NCBI GenBank assembly: GCA_907165135.1
Contig: OU015570.1
Location: 496,001 to 560,000, forward strand
DNA: 64,000 bases
From: Oikopleura dioica
Taxonomy: Eukaryota; Animalia; Chordata
Reading direction: 5' to 3'
This document shows positions 49,961-60,880 of this stretch, in pieces. A program made the translations under genes and the position numbers. The notes below the pieces were generated by a model that saw nothing but the letters and a program-made list of their open reading frames with translations, made no database searches and was not told the DNA's origin. Within the stretch, counting starts at the first letter, position 1. Each line of letters begins with the position of its first letter.

Positions 49961-50448
49961 TTAAGCTGGAAAAAACACGTGCGAACTTGCTTTTATCACT
50001 CCGTTGGTGACCCTTCTTCCGAGGATGTTCAGATCTCTGCTCAAAAACGTGCATTTCTTGCCCATCAATCTGAGATTGAACGTGCTCAACGTGTCAAGCA
50101 CCGCCGCCACGTTTTCTAAAAACTCCTGTGGCGAGTCTCCCGTTATACAAATGTCGTCGACATATATAAAACAATAATCCGCCGCATGAACGGTGTCCTC
50201 GTTGATTTTTGCTCTTTTGCAATCTGCGACAATTCTAATCGACCCGGCGCACAACTCAACCTTAGACGTTTCCGTGTTCTTCTAACCTTCCGGGAAGAAA
50301 ATAAGGAAATGCCTCGGGGTCATATGTCTCGGTAAAAACCCGATGACCCCTTCACTAGCCTCAGAATCCAACTTCTCGACCAAAGCTTTCACGACCGACT
50401 CGTTCATTGTCTTACTGTAACTCTGCTTAACCACTTTTCCAATCGTGT
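49961..50448 (-). pseudogene. Ty3/Gypsy reverse transcriptase fragment of the host LTR element (3' of the nested insertion)
   Basis: TMNESVVKALVEKLDSEASEGVI, IRIVADCKR, FIYVDDICI (YVDD 50153-50164), GKKCTF..LNILG. The segment between motif 2 and YVDD is deleted. Confidence 0.88.
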
Positions 50449-52348
50449 TGATACAATTTTGTAATGCCTTTTGTATTGTATTGATTCTTAGTGATAGAAA
50501 GTCGTCCAACTCTTTCAAGCTCACTTTATTGAATGATCCTGTTTGGATCTTGCACAGGGAGAAGCGCGGGGAAAGCAGCTGATTAAGGTGCGCACAGTTG
50601 ATAAAGAGCGGGAGTGTGCTAATTAATCTAGGTTGCCCAGGCGATTAATTGGAGACTTTATGTCAACACACATCACCCACCCCCAGATTTCTAGAGCTGT
50701 AGAAAGTTAAGAAATACACACACACATTGACTGGATAAATTTTGACTGGCACGAGCGGTAAAGTTTTACACGCTAGTATAAAGGTGAATGTTTAAGAACA
50801 GATTTCTTTGAAACAGTAATATTTCGTCGTTTTCTTGTCTGGAGAGTTGTTTTCCTGTTGACAAATTGTTAGAAGAATTTTGCATCATTGAAAAGGCACA
50901 CAAACACACACACACAATAAGAGAACAAAGAGATTTTAAGGCAAAGTTGGTTGAGTATAAGGTGTCTAGAGCTATTGATAAAAGTGATTATGATATTGAG
51001 GGTTGCAATAATCAAAGCGGAGTACAGGGTTGACCAAGCGACTTAAGTTAGCTACTTCATCCAACATATATAAGATGAACTGTAAAACGCTAGACCTGGC
51101 TAATTTCTAATCCTAGTGTCCGATCAGAGCAATTAACCCCAGCCTTTACCCAAAGGCCGCTCATATGGGTCGGTCAGCGTGGAGTTAGCTTCGGTTGAAA
51201 CTTCGAACAGTTCGGGATCCCGAATGATTCGGGATTTCCCGAATCATTGGAAGAGAAAATGGGGGTTTTTGTCTTCGAACGATTCGGAATTTTTCGATGT
51301 TCGTTGTCCGTAAAGTAAAATAAAAAGTATAGAACAACTTAGTAGTGATCTGTCCAGAAGTCAATCGATGCTCAAGAGCCAAGAATATATTTTTATAAGT
51401 AATGAGTGAATCACCCGTAAAATTTTCTGCAAGGCAGGCGCGGAGCGCATTCACCCTCGTTACTCTATAAATCATAACCTATGATTCATAGGAATTTGAA
51501 CTTCTGACAATTTCTGTCAATTCAAATAATTTCATTATCTACAGTGGGCCTTTGATCTGATTTAATCATGCGAAAATTCGACCCTTCCGTTAGATGAAAG
51601 TTCCTTCCACTCCCGAATAATTCGGAGAATCCCGAGTGGTTCGGGCATATCCCGAATAGTTCGGGAAAATCCCGAATTGTTAAATAAAAAAATCGGACCA
51701 AAAAAAATATCTATTTATAACTAGTTAAGCAGGCTCTACAGAAGTAGGACTCGAAGTGGCTTGACTCCAGCAAAAAAAGAAGTTTGACGTGGGTGTGAAC
51801 TTAACGGCGCTAGCTTACGCAAGTGGCTGAAGATGCATATTAATCGCTTTATCAAGTCCGCGTACTCGCCTGCAGAACATGCAAGTGAAGAGGATCAGTG
51901 TTGAGAGGATAAAAAGAATAAGAATACCGTTAGAGATTAGAGATATGGATTTTGATCGAGTGAAGTTTTCGTCGACCACATCCTCTAAGTCACCGAGACG
52001 GTCCTCGACGTCATCGGCGAAGTCGTTGTGGTCAAGGTCAACGGCGCTGAAGGTAAAGTTGTTTCTTGCTCCTCTGAAGTCGATCTTGGTGTTGTCAGAC
52101 GTCACAATGCTTGTTTTTGGGATCTTGATGAGCTGCTGCGATCCGGAACAAAAGACTTCCTGGTCCAAGCTTGTTACGGGAAAATATTTGAAACCGGTGA
52201 AGGTATCGTGGGCGGATCCAATGTCGGACAAGACCGTTCTATTTCTCAGGATTGCCGTTCCTGCAGCGTAAACGATGAGCCCATTTTTATCGAAGGCGAA
52301 TGAGCAGGTTGCTTTTGTAACTGTTCCCTGAATAGATCATATGATTTT

Positions 52349-52391
52349 GTATCGAACGTTTTCGTTTATTGGATAAACTTCATCAGGATAC
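52349..52391 (-). ncRNA. Minimal type I hammerhead ribozyme motif
   Basis: Reverse complement of 52946-52988. Confidence 0.8.
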
Positions 52392-52945
52392 TAAACTTAA
52401 GATGAACGAAAAAGAAACAGAGGAAAAAGAATACTTTTATGTTGAGAGAGCAGTGTGAAATTGCTAACTGAGGAAAACAGAAAAACAAGATCAAAAAATG
52501 GCTGTTTTTAGTCGAGCGCCAAGGAGCCAAGCACAAAAAATCTCACCAGTCAATACAAGACTAAAATCGCCCAATCGAAACTTGCTCTAGAGTCCTTTCA
52601 CTCTAAAAATCCTCCGAAAATTCGATACAAATTTTCAAAAAATGACTATGCTTTAAAATACTTTGATGTTCTGCAAACTAATCTAACTAATGAGAGTCAA
52701 AGGAGAAGCGCTGAACAATTTCTTATTTTACTGCATCGACCCTCCCTAAATGAACAATCTGATTTCAAACAGTTCAAAACTTTTTAATTTAGTCGAGCAC
52801 TGTTTTGGGCCACCTTGGCGCTCGACTAAAAACAGCCATTTTTTGATCTTGTTTTTCTGTTTTCCTCAGTTAGCAATTTCACACTGCTCTCTCAACATAA
52901 AAGTATTCTTTTTCCTCTGTTTCTTTTTCGTTCATCTTAAGTTTA

Positions 52946-52988
52946 GTATCCTGATGAAGTTTATCCAATAAACGAAAACGTTCGATAC
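52946..52988 (+). ncRNA. Minimal type I hammerhead ribozyme motif
   Basis: GTATC-CTGATGA-A-GTTTA-TCCAA-TAAAC-GAAA-ACGT-TC-GATAC: 5-bp helix I, 5-bp helix II, palindromic helix III AACGTT, triplet UUC. Confidence 0.82.
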
Positions 52989-55573
52989 AAAATCATATGA
53001 TCTATTAACGAAGTCAACCCGAAAAGATATATGTTCCCTGAATGTTGCAATTCTGGACATCGCGGAGACATGAAGCGCTTGAGATTGCTGAGTGCCGGCA
53101 GATCATGTTTTTGCGAGCGCTCAAAAAGCTAAAGCGGTCAACTTCGTAAAACTCGTTCTGGATCAATGTTGCAAACGGGGCAATGTCCGGGGCGATCAGG
53201 ATGTTCTCGTCAGTTGAAGGGTCCATTGAGATGATTCCGAAGAATTTCGCATGATACAGTCGTGTTGGCGCGGACTCGATGACTCGAAAAGAGAGCTGGA
53301 TGTGGATGTCGAGAGAGTTTTCAGTGATGTTCAGCCCGTAGAGTTCAGGGTTTAATTCTTGTGGGAATTCTCTCAGCATGTTCTCACAGTATCGCTTGCA
53401 CATTTCCGGTTCCAGAGCAATGCATGATCCCCAACACGCAGACGTAAAGAGTCTGTTCCATTCCACACGGCTCGGAATCAATACTTGCTCCAAACTGGCG
53501 ACTTGATAATCCATCTCCTCCATGAATCTGTCAACGGTGATCCGGGCCCAGTCCTCGAATCGAGCTTTCAACATCCGGTTATTTAGTCGGCAAATATCGT
53601 TGTCGATTCGCGCTAGCTGGTCCTGAGTTGCATTGAGATCGACCTGGACGGCGCTCTGGAGCTTCGCAAAATTTCGTGTGAGTTTGTCCAAGTTCTTTCC
53701 TTGATGAAGAGATACAGACAGAGTGATAGAAAGTCGTCCAACTCTTTCAAGCTCACTTTATTGAATGATCCTGTTTGGATCTTGCACAGGGAGAAGCGCG
53801 GGGAAAGCAGCTGATTAAGGTGCGCACAGTTGATAAAGAGCGGGAGTGTGCTAATTAATCTAGGTTGCCCAGGCGATTAATTGGAGACTTTATGTCAACA
53901 CACATCACCCACCCCCAGATTTCTAGAGCTGTAGAAAGTTAAGAAATACACACACACATTGACTGGATAAATTTTGACTGGCACGAGCGGTAAAGTTTTA
54001 CACGCTAGTATAAAGGTGAATGTTTAAGAACAGATTTCTTTGAAACAGTAATATTTCGTCGTTTTCTTGTCTGGAGAGTTGTTTTCCTGTTGACAAATTG
54101 TTAGAAGAATTTTGCATCATTGAAAAGGCACACAAACACACACACACAATAAGAGAACAAAGAGATTTTAAGGCAAAGTTGGTTGAGTATAAGGTGTCTA
54201 GAGCTATTGATAAAAGTGATTATGATATTGAGGGTTGCAATAATCAAAGCGGAGTACAGGGTTGACCAAGCGACTTAAGTTAGCTACTTCATCCAACATA
54301 TATAAGATGAACTGTAAAACGCTAGACCTGGCTAATTTCTAATCCTAGTGTCCGATCAGAGCAATTAACCCCAGCCTTTACCCAAAGGCCGCTCATATGG
54401 GTCGGTCAGCGTGGAGTTAGCTTCGGTTGAAACTTCGAACAGTTCGGGATCCCGAATGATTCGGGATTTCCCGAATCATTGGAAGAGAAAATGGGGGTTT
54501 TTGTCTTCGAACGATTCGGAATTTTTCGATGTTCGTTGTCCGTAAAGTAAAATAAAAAGTATAGAACAACTTAGTAGTGATCTGTCCAGAAGTCAATCGA
54601 TGCTCAAGAGCCAAGAATATATTTTTATAAGTAATGAGTGAATCACCCGTAAAATTTTCTGCAAGGCAGGCGCGGAGCGCATTCACCCTCGTTACTCTAT
54701 AAATCATAACCTATGATTCATAGGAATTTGAACTTCTGACAATTTCTGTCAATTCAAATAATTTCATTATCTACAGTGGGCCTTTGATCTGATTTAATCA
54801 TGCGAAAATTCGACCCTTCCGTTAGATGAAAGTTCCTTCCACTCCCGAATAATTCGGAGAATCCCGAGTGGTTCGGGCATATCCCGAATAGTTCGGGAAA
54901 ATCCCGAATTGTTAAATAAAAAATCGGACCAAAAATATCTATTTATAACTAGTTAAGCAGGCTCTACAGAAGTAGGACTCGAAGTGGCTTGACTCCAGCA
55001 AAAGAAGTTTGACGTGGGTGTGAACTTAACGGCGCTAGCTTACGCAAGTGGCTGAAGATGCATATTAATCGCTTTATCAAGTCCGCGTACTCGCCTGCAG
55101 AACATGCAAGTGAAGAGGATCAGTGTTGAGAGGATAAAAAGAATAAGAATACCGTTAGAGATTAGAGATATGGATTTTGATCGAGTGAAGTTGTCGTCGA
55201 CCACATCCTCTAAGTCACCGAGACGGTCCTCGACGTCATCGGCGAAGTCGTTGTGGTCAAGGTCAACGGCGCTGAAGGTAAAGTTGTTTCTTGCTCCTCT
55301 GAAGTCGATCTTGGTGTTGTCAGACGTCACAATGCTTGTTTTTGGGATCTTGATGAGCTGCTGCGATCCGGAACAAAAGACTTCCTGGTCCAAGCTTGTT
55401 ACGGGAAAATATTTGAAACCGGTGAAGGTATCGTGGGCGGATCCAATGTCGGACAAGACCGTTCTATTTCTCAGGATTGCCGTTCCTGCAGCGTAAACGA
55501 TGAGCCCATTTTTATCGAAGGCGAATGAGCAGGTTGCTTTTGTAACTGTTCCCTGAATAGATCATATGATTTT

Positions 55574-55616
55574 GTATCGAACGTTTTCGTTTATTGGATA
55601 AACTTCATCAGGATAC
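55574..55616 (-). ncRNA. Minimal type I hammerhead ribozyme motif
   Basis: Duplicate of 52349-52391. Confidence 0.8.
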
Positions 55617-56169
55617 TAAACTTAAGATGAACGAAAAAGAAACAGAGGAAAAAGAATACTTTTATGTTGAGAGAGCAGTGTGAAATTGCTAACTGAGGAA
55701 AACAGAAAAACAAGATCAAAAATGGCTGTTTTTAGTCGAGCGCCAAGGTGGCCCAAAACAGTGCTCGACTAAATTAAAAAGTTTTGAACTGTTTGAAATC
55801 AGATTGTTCATTTAGGGAGGGTCGATGCAGTAAAATAAGAAATTGTTCAGCGCTTCTCCTTTGACTCTCATTAGTTAGATTAGTTTGCAGAACATCAAAG
55901 TATTTTAAAGCATAGTCATTTTTTGAAAATTTGTATCGAATTTTCGGAGGATTTTTAGAGTGAAAGGACTCTAGAGCAAGTTTCGATTGGGCGATTTTAG
56001 TCTTGTATTGACTGGTGAGATTTTTTGTGCTTGGCTCCTTGGCTCTCGACTAAAAACAGCCATTTTTTGATCTTGTTTTTCTGTTTTCCTCAGTTAGCAA
56101 TTTCACACTGCTCTCTCAACATAAAAGTATTCTTTTTCCTCTGTTTCTTTTTCGTTCATCTTAAGTTTA

Positions 56170-56212
56170 GTATCCTGATGAAGTTTATCCAATAAACGAA
56201 AACGTTCGATAC
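56170..56212 (+). ncRNA. Minimal type I hammerhead ribozyme motif
   Basis: Duplicate of 52946-52988. Confidence 0.8.
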
Positions 56213-57439
56213 AAAATCATATGATCTATTAACGAAGTCAACCCGAAAAGATATATGTTCCCTGAATGTTGCAATTCTGGACATCGCGGAGACATGAAGC
56301 GCTTGAGATTGCTGAGTGCCGGCAGATCATGTTTTTGCGAGCGCTCAAAAAGCTAAAGCGGTCAACTTCGTAAAACTCGTTCTGGATCAATGTTGCAAAC
56401 GGGGCAATGTCCGGGGCGATCAGGATGTTCTCGTCAGTTGAAGGGTCCATTGAGATGATTCCGAAGAATTTCGCATGATACAGTCGTGTTGGCGCGGACT
56501 CGATGACTCGAAAAGAGAGCTGGATGTGGATGTCGAGAGAGTTTTCAGTGATGTTCAGCCCGTAGAGTTCAGGGTTTAATTCTTGTGGGAATTCTCTCAG
56601 CATGTTCTCACAGTATCGCTTGCACATTTCCGGTTCCAGAGCAATGCATGATCCCCAACACGCAGACGTAAAGAGTCTGTTCCATTCCACACGGCTCGGA
56701 ATCAATACTTGCTCCAAACTGGCGACTTGATAATCCATCTCCTCCATGAATCTGTCAACGGTGATCCGGGCCCAGTCCTCGAATCGAGCTTTCAACATCC
56801 GGTTATTTAGTCGGCAAATATCGTTGTCGATTCGCGCTAGCTGGTCCTGAGTTGCATTGAGATCGACCTGGACGGCGCTCTGGAGCTTCGCAAAATTTCG
56901 TGTGAGTTTGTCCAAGTTCTTTCCTTGATGAAGAGATACAGATCGAAGCTTGGCAATGTCGTTCGTATTTTTCAATTTAAGACCAAGGTTTGCTGCTGCC
57001 AGAACAAGAGCAGGAGCGCCGGCGAATCTTTTCCCAGATGCGATTCGTGAGATCTGGCATATGCTGCTTGTGTTTTCAGCGACTGCAGTTCCAATCGGAA
57101 TTTTCGTTCAATCACATCCAGTAGGGCAAAAATTCGATTATTGGCGAGGTTTATCGTGCATTCCCTCCTGTCCCAACGGTTGGCTTTGTAGTGTTTTATG
57201 CAGCGGTCGACGTCGCATTGTCCCTCGTCGACTCCAGGTTCCATTCTCAGGACATCCAGCGGAAGGGGCCGACTGATGATGATATGATGATGGCTGCGTT
57301 GTCGCGACAGGAAGAGTTTGCCAGTCTCTTCGAGGAGAATTCCCCGCTCAGCACAGTGGATTCGGCAGAACATCGGACCACGGCGACGGCAAGGGTGAAG
57401 AAAAGCATTTCGTAAAGGTGCACTGTCTGAAAAACGGCG

Positions 57440-57790
57440 AGTTAGAGATGAGTCACAGAGGATACATTCGTGATTTAGGCCGTGGACGATGAGTAAACTT
57501 TGGTAACGAATTCTTCCGTTCAGGAAAGTGGTAGGATGATCTTTTCCTTGCACCGCATCTTGTAAGAATTCGCAACGACAATGCTCGCTTCCACAGGCTC
57601 ACGGCGCGCGTTAGGGAATTTTTCAGCGAGTTCCTGGGCCAAAATCGAGCAGTTGGCTCCCGAATCCACGAGGTTGAGGAGTTCAGTGCCGATGATTTGG
57701 AATCGGATTTTTGGTAGCAGGGAAGGTAGAGAGATTTCATGGCAGGCGAGCTTTTGGCTTTCTGAGGCTGTTGAATCCCCGCCTTGTCAA
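57440..57790 (-). pseudogene. Retroviral-type aspartic protease of the nested element (frameshifted)
   Basis: LPKIRFQIIGTELLNLVDSGANCSIL (D codon 57664-57666), in a frame not called in the ORF track. The C-terminal LIVHGLNHECIL follows in another frame. Confidence 0.85.
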
Positions 57791-59380
57791 TGCTGGGATT
57801 TCGTTGGGCACATTTGCTTGAAATGACGAGGCGGGTAACCAGTTGGCAAAAGTGGGCACACCTCACAGTAAGGCTTTGTGTTGCGATGATTCTTGCTCCC
57901 ACCATGTCCTTGCTTCTGGCCTTGTGATTGCTGCTGCTGCTGCGTCGAGTTGTAAGCGGACTGGTTCTCAGCAATCATTTCTATTTTGTTCGGAAGCCGC
58001 TCAAAAGAGGAGTCTTGCTTTATTGCGATCGCTTTCAACTGGTCCAATCGCGACGTTATCGTTGAAATCTGCCTAATTCCAGTCATCAAAGAACAGTTTC
58101 TCATCACGTGCCCATTCTCGCCGCACATGTGGCAGACGATTTCGCGATTTGCTGTATTCAAATCGTACTCATCATTGTCGAGATCCACGGCTTCGGCGGG
58201 GTTAGCGAAAATTCCTTCAAGAAGGCTGAGGATTTCTGCGATCGTAGAAAGATTGGTTGGCATCTGCTGGGCAATCCAAGCGAGATAGATGGACTGAAAT
58301 TCGCTTGGGCGGAGGATTCTTAGAAGTGCCTTGGCTTCTTCGGGCAGATTTGGAAATACGGATCCCGAAGAAGAGAGAAGATTGATAAGTCGCGAAAAGG
58401 CAGCTGTCACGGTCTCTTGACGTCCACGAGAGAGCTTTTCGATCAACAGCGTCAGTTTCTGATGACTGAATCCCAGTCTTTTACGGAATCGTTCCGCGGC
58501 ATCATTGAAGTTTCCAAGACCCGAAATTACAATTCTTTGCTGAATTTGCGGGCTGAGCTTAGTTCGGAGCACGATCATGCGCTGCGCGTCGCTCTGCTCG
58601 TAGATAATTCCCAAATTCAGAATTTGGTCAAGCAGATTCTCGATCTCCTGCGGCTCTCGCGATACAACGAGTTTGATGTCAGAACTTTTTTTTTCTCAAG
58701 TTGTCTCTGGCTTTTCCAGTGCTTGCGCGAGCCGAGTTGCTTGCGAATGGATTCATCGGCGGAGTCACAGGAGGCGAAGTCTTTGCAAATTGCGTCGATT
58801 GGCCAATCACGTTCCTATTCGAGTTCAATCCAGAATTTAGGCGATTTCCGAAAAGACCATATTGACCACCAAAGGCTGGCGATGTAGTAGTAGTAGATCC
58901 ACCCAGAATGCGAGGGACAGAATCGGCTCTTGAATTGCTCTCCTGAGGAGTGAACATCGAAGACGCAGTCATGGAATCAAGACTTGTGATCGAGATCGGC
59001 GCCGTTGAGCAAGGCTTGGGGAATGCAAAAGTCGATGATGGAACAGGCGCTGGACTAGTTACAGATGGCAACTCCGTCGTGGGTACTGAAATGATCGATG
59101 ATGAAGATGTGAGAGCAGGATAAGCGCCACTGGCAGTCGTGACTGGTGCATCCTCGATCTCGTTATCGATGTTGTCAGTATTGATGACAAAGTCTTTAAG
59201 ATCGTCCGTTCGGCGATATTCAATTTTCTTTGCATGAGCGCGAAGAGTTTTTTGGAGATCAGCCTTCAGGCCCTGAGTGCCCAATTTGAGGCGTTTGCAA
59301 ACCGCTCGAAGCTCGGCCACAGTAAGTTTAGCAACAGGTTTGAGGCCCATCTTGCCTTTGGAAGAGACACGCTTTTGCAC
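57787..59380 (-). pseudogene. gag: Gag with N-terminal SAP-like motif and CCHC zinc knuckle (frameshifted near 58620-58750)
   Basis: KLTVAELRAVCKRLKLGTQGLKADLQKTL (SAP-like); S/T/P-rich linker; CHMCGENGHVMRNC (Cx2Cx4Hx4C); a second atypical CEVC...H...C motif. Confidence 0.85.
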
Positions 59381-60552
59381 AGATGAGTGTTTTCCGACGA
59401 ATTGACAGGCAAGCGAGCGTTTTTTCGGATAAGCAGGAGATACCCTTAAGTTTCGACTGGGGGAAATGGTGTCAGTCGCAGCGGGAATTTTGTGTGAGTT
59501 CAGCTCAGCGGGTTTCAGAAATCCAGGAAACTGCTTATGAGTAGTTCTGCAGGAAACTTTGTGTGATTACAACCAGAGCAGCAGGAGATTAATAATGAGC
59601 AGCGAAACCTTGCGGGTAATCGGCACGTGCGACCGTCGTTGTGATCACTCAGCGGGTTGCTGATGATGAAGGTTGATAGTCGCTATTTGTGTTTACGGAA
59701 CCAAGCGGGTGCTCGAAACGAAAACCAATACGCAACGGGTACTTAACTACTTTTGCAACTGAGTAGATGTGTATCTGCGCAGCGGGAGAGCAACGCGAGT
59801 TCCGGTGGCGAGGAAGGAAATCAGTCGTACAGCGATGCGGCGCTCGAAATCGGCGCAGCTCGGTTGGAGACCACTAGCGCAAGATTTTCCGGCGTCGCGG
59901 TAGGAAGTCACTCGTGCGGCGATGCGGCGCTCGAAATCGGCGCGGCTCGGTTGGAGACCACTAGCGCGTGGAGATCGCGACGATAAAGTAGCCAGGCAAT
60001 CAAAAGATCCAAAGAAGGCGTCCACAAAAAGATAACACACTTTTTCCAAATTGCCCTTCTTCCCACTCCCAAGATTCACACTTTAACTTACAAGTCTCAG
60101 CAACAGGATCTGGATTCGGCACAATTGGAGAGTTCTCTTTGATGTACCGCGATTTCATTCGGACTGACTGCAAGCGGGTAAAGGCGCTCGGGCGCAAGGC
60201 CCAGGGGAAATTTCGCTTTCGGACTTTTCGAACTCTCGCTCTGGGCGGAAAGTTGCTCCGTCGTCGGGCGCTAATCCCTTCAAAGTGATCTTGCGCTTCC
60301 ATTTTACGTCTAAATAATAACCCAAAAATTTGTTTCATGAGAAATAAATAAGTTCAGAAAATAATTTGCGGAATCCGTCTTTTCATTGTAAAACGAATAT
60401 TTTGATACCAGTCATCGTTGATTTTCGGTGATTTTTGACAAGCGCCGGATTTTCTTGGGCAAAATTCAGAATTTTTATTCACTTACGGACATGATTGAGG
60501 TTTCCGGCGAGTATTTATGTGCGTACTAGCTACCCAAGTGGAAGTATGCAAT

Positions 60553-60880
60553 TTGCCTGGTCACCGTGGCCAGACTTCGACCGAAATTCCTAGTCTGGCC
60601 AAGTGGACTAGACTTGAGTTATTCCAATCGCCAATTGTCCCTTATCTCGGGGCTCCGCCCCCTAGGTCCTAATATGCTGGGGTCTAGTCTAGGGTTACTT
60701 AGGGTACATTAATTAATCCTAACTAACCCTAGCCTCCTCTCGTGTGAGTTTATTCTGTCATTTGTCCAGTGCCCCCAACCCCAACCTGGCCAGACTAGGG
60801 GTTTCGGGTGCCGGCAAGACTCTGGCCAGGGTGACCAGACTAGAAATCTTTGGCGAAGTCTGGCCACGGTGGCCAGGCTA
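60553..60880. mobile_element. MITE in the leader of the nested element, itself interrupted by the TTAGGG-like repeat
   Basis: TIR GCCTGG(T/C)CACCGTGGCCAGACTTCG at both ends. Confidence 0.6.

Larger units (their letters stand above)
52334..53031 (+). mobile_element. 5'-truncated Penelope-like insertion with inverted pLTR arms (copy 1)
   Basis: 12-bp TSD TGTTCCCTGAAT (52322-52333, 53032-53043); inverted ~190-bp arms. Core 52525-52812 encodes a GIY-YIG C-terminus (..RRSAEQFLILLHRPSLNEQSDFKQFKTF*) similar to the end of the 9794-12251 ORF. Confidence 0.88.
51815..53718 (-). pseudogene. env: Duplicated C-terminal part of env (HR1 to TM and tail), interrupted by the PLE insertion
   Basis: ORFs 53014-53691 and 51815-52231 encode essentially the same peptides as 56238-56975 and 55040-55456. 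Confidence 0.85.
55559..56255 (-). mobile_element. 5'-truncated Penelope-like insertion (copy 2, core inverted relative to copy 1)
   Basis: Same TSD (55547-55558, 56256-56267); core 55749-56036 is the reverse complement of 52525-52812. Confidence 0.88.
50490..56942. repeat. Near-identical 3.2-kb tandem duplication (50490-53718 / 53722-56942)
   Basis: Paired ORFs are offset by 3224-3232 bp. The junction GATACAGA-CAG-AGTGATAGAAAG fuses env to LTR-internal sequence and creates a third, partial LTR at 53722-53907. Confidence 0.95.
55040..57408 (-). pseudogene. env: Class I fusion envelope glycoprotein, paramyxovirus-F-like (frameshifted, PLE-interrupted)
   Basis: Signal-peptide-like MLFFTLAVAVVRCSA from ATG 57408. 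KR is followed by hydrophobic FAGAPALVLAAANLGL (F codon 57024-57026), then heptad NTNDIAKLRSVSLHQGKNLDKL, a Cys-rich region, TM ISLISNGILILFILSTLILFTCMFC and a short basic tail. About 550 codons without the insertion. Confidence 0.85.

Noticed and set aside
58417-58887. Plus-strand ORFs opposite gag, env and pol (also 51879, 55104, 56950, 63136)
   Set aside because: Antisense shadows of real minus-strand coding sequence.
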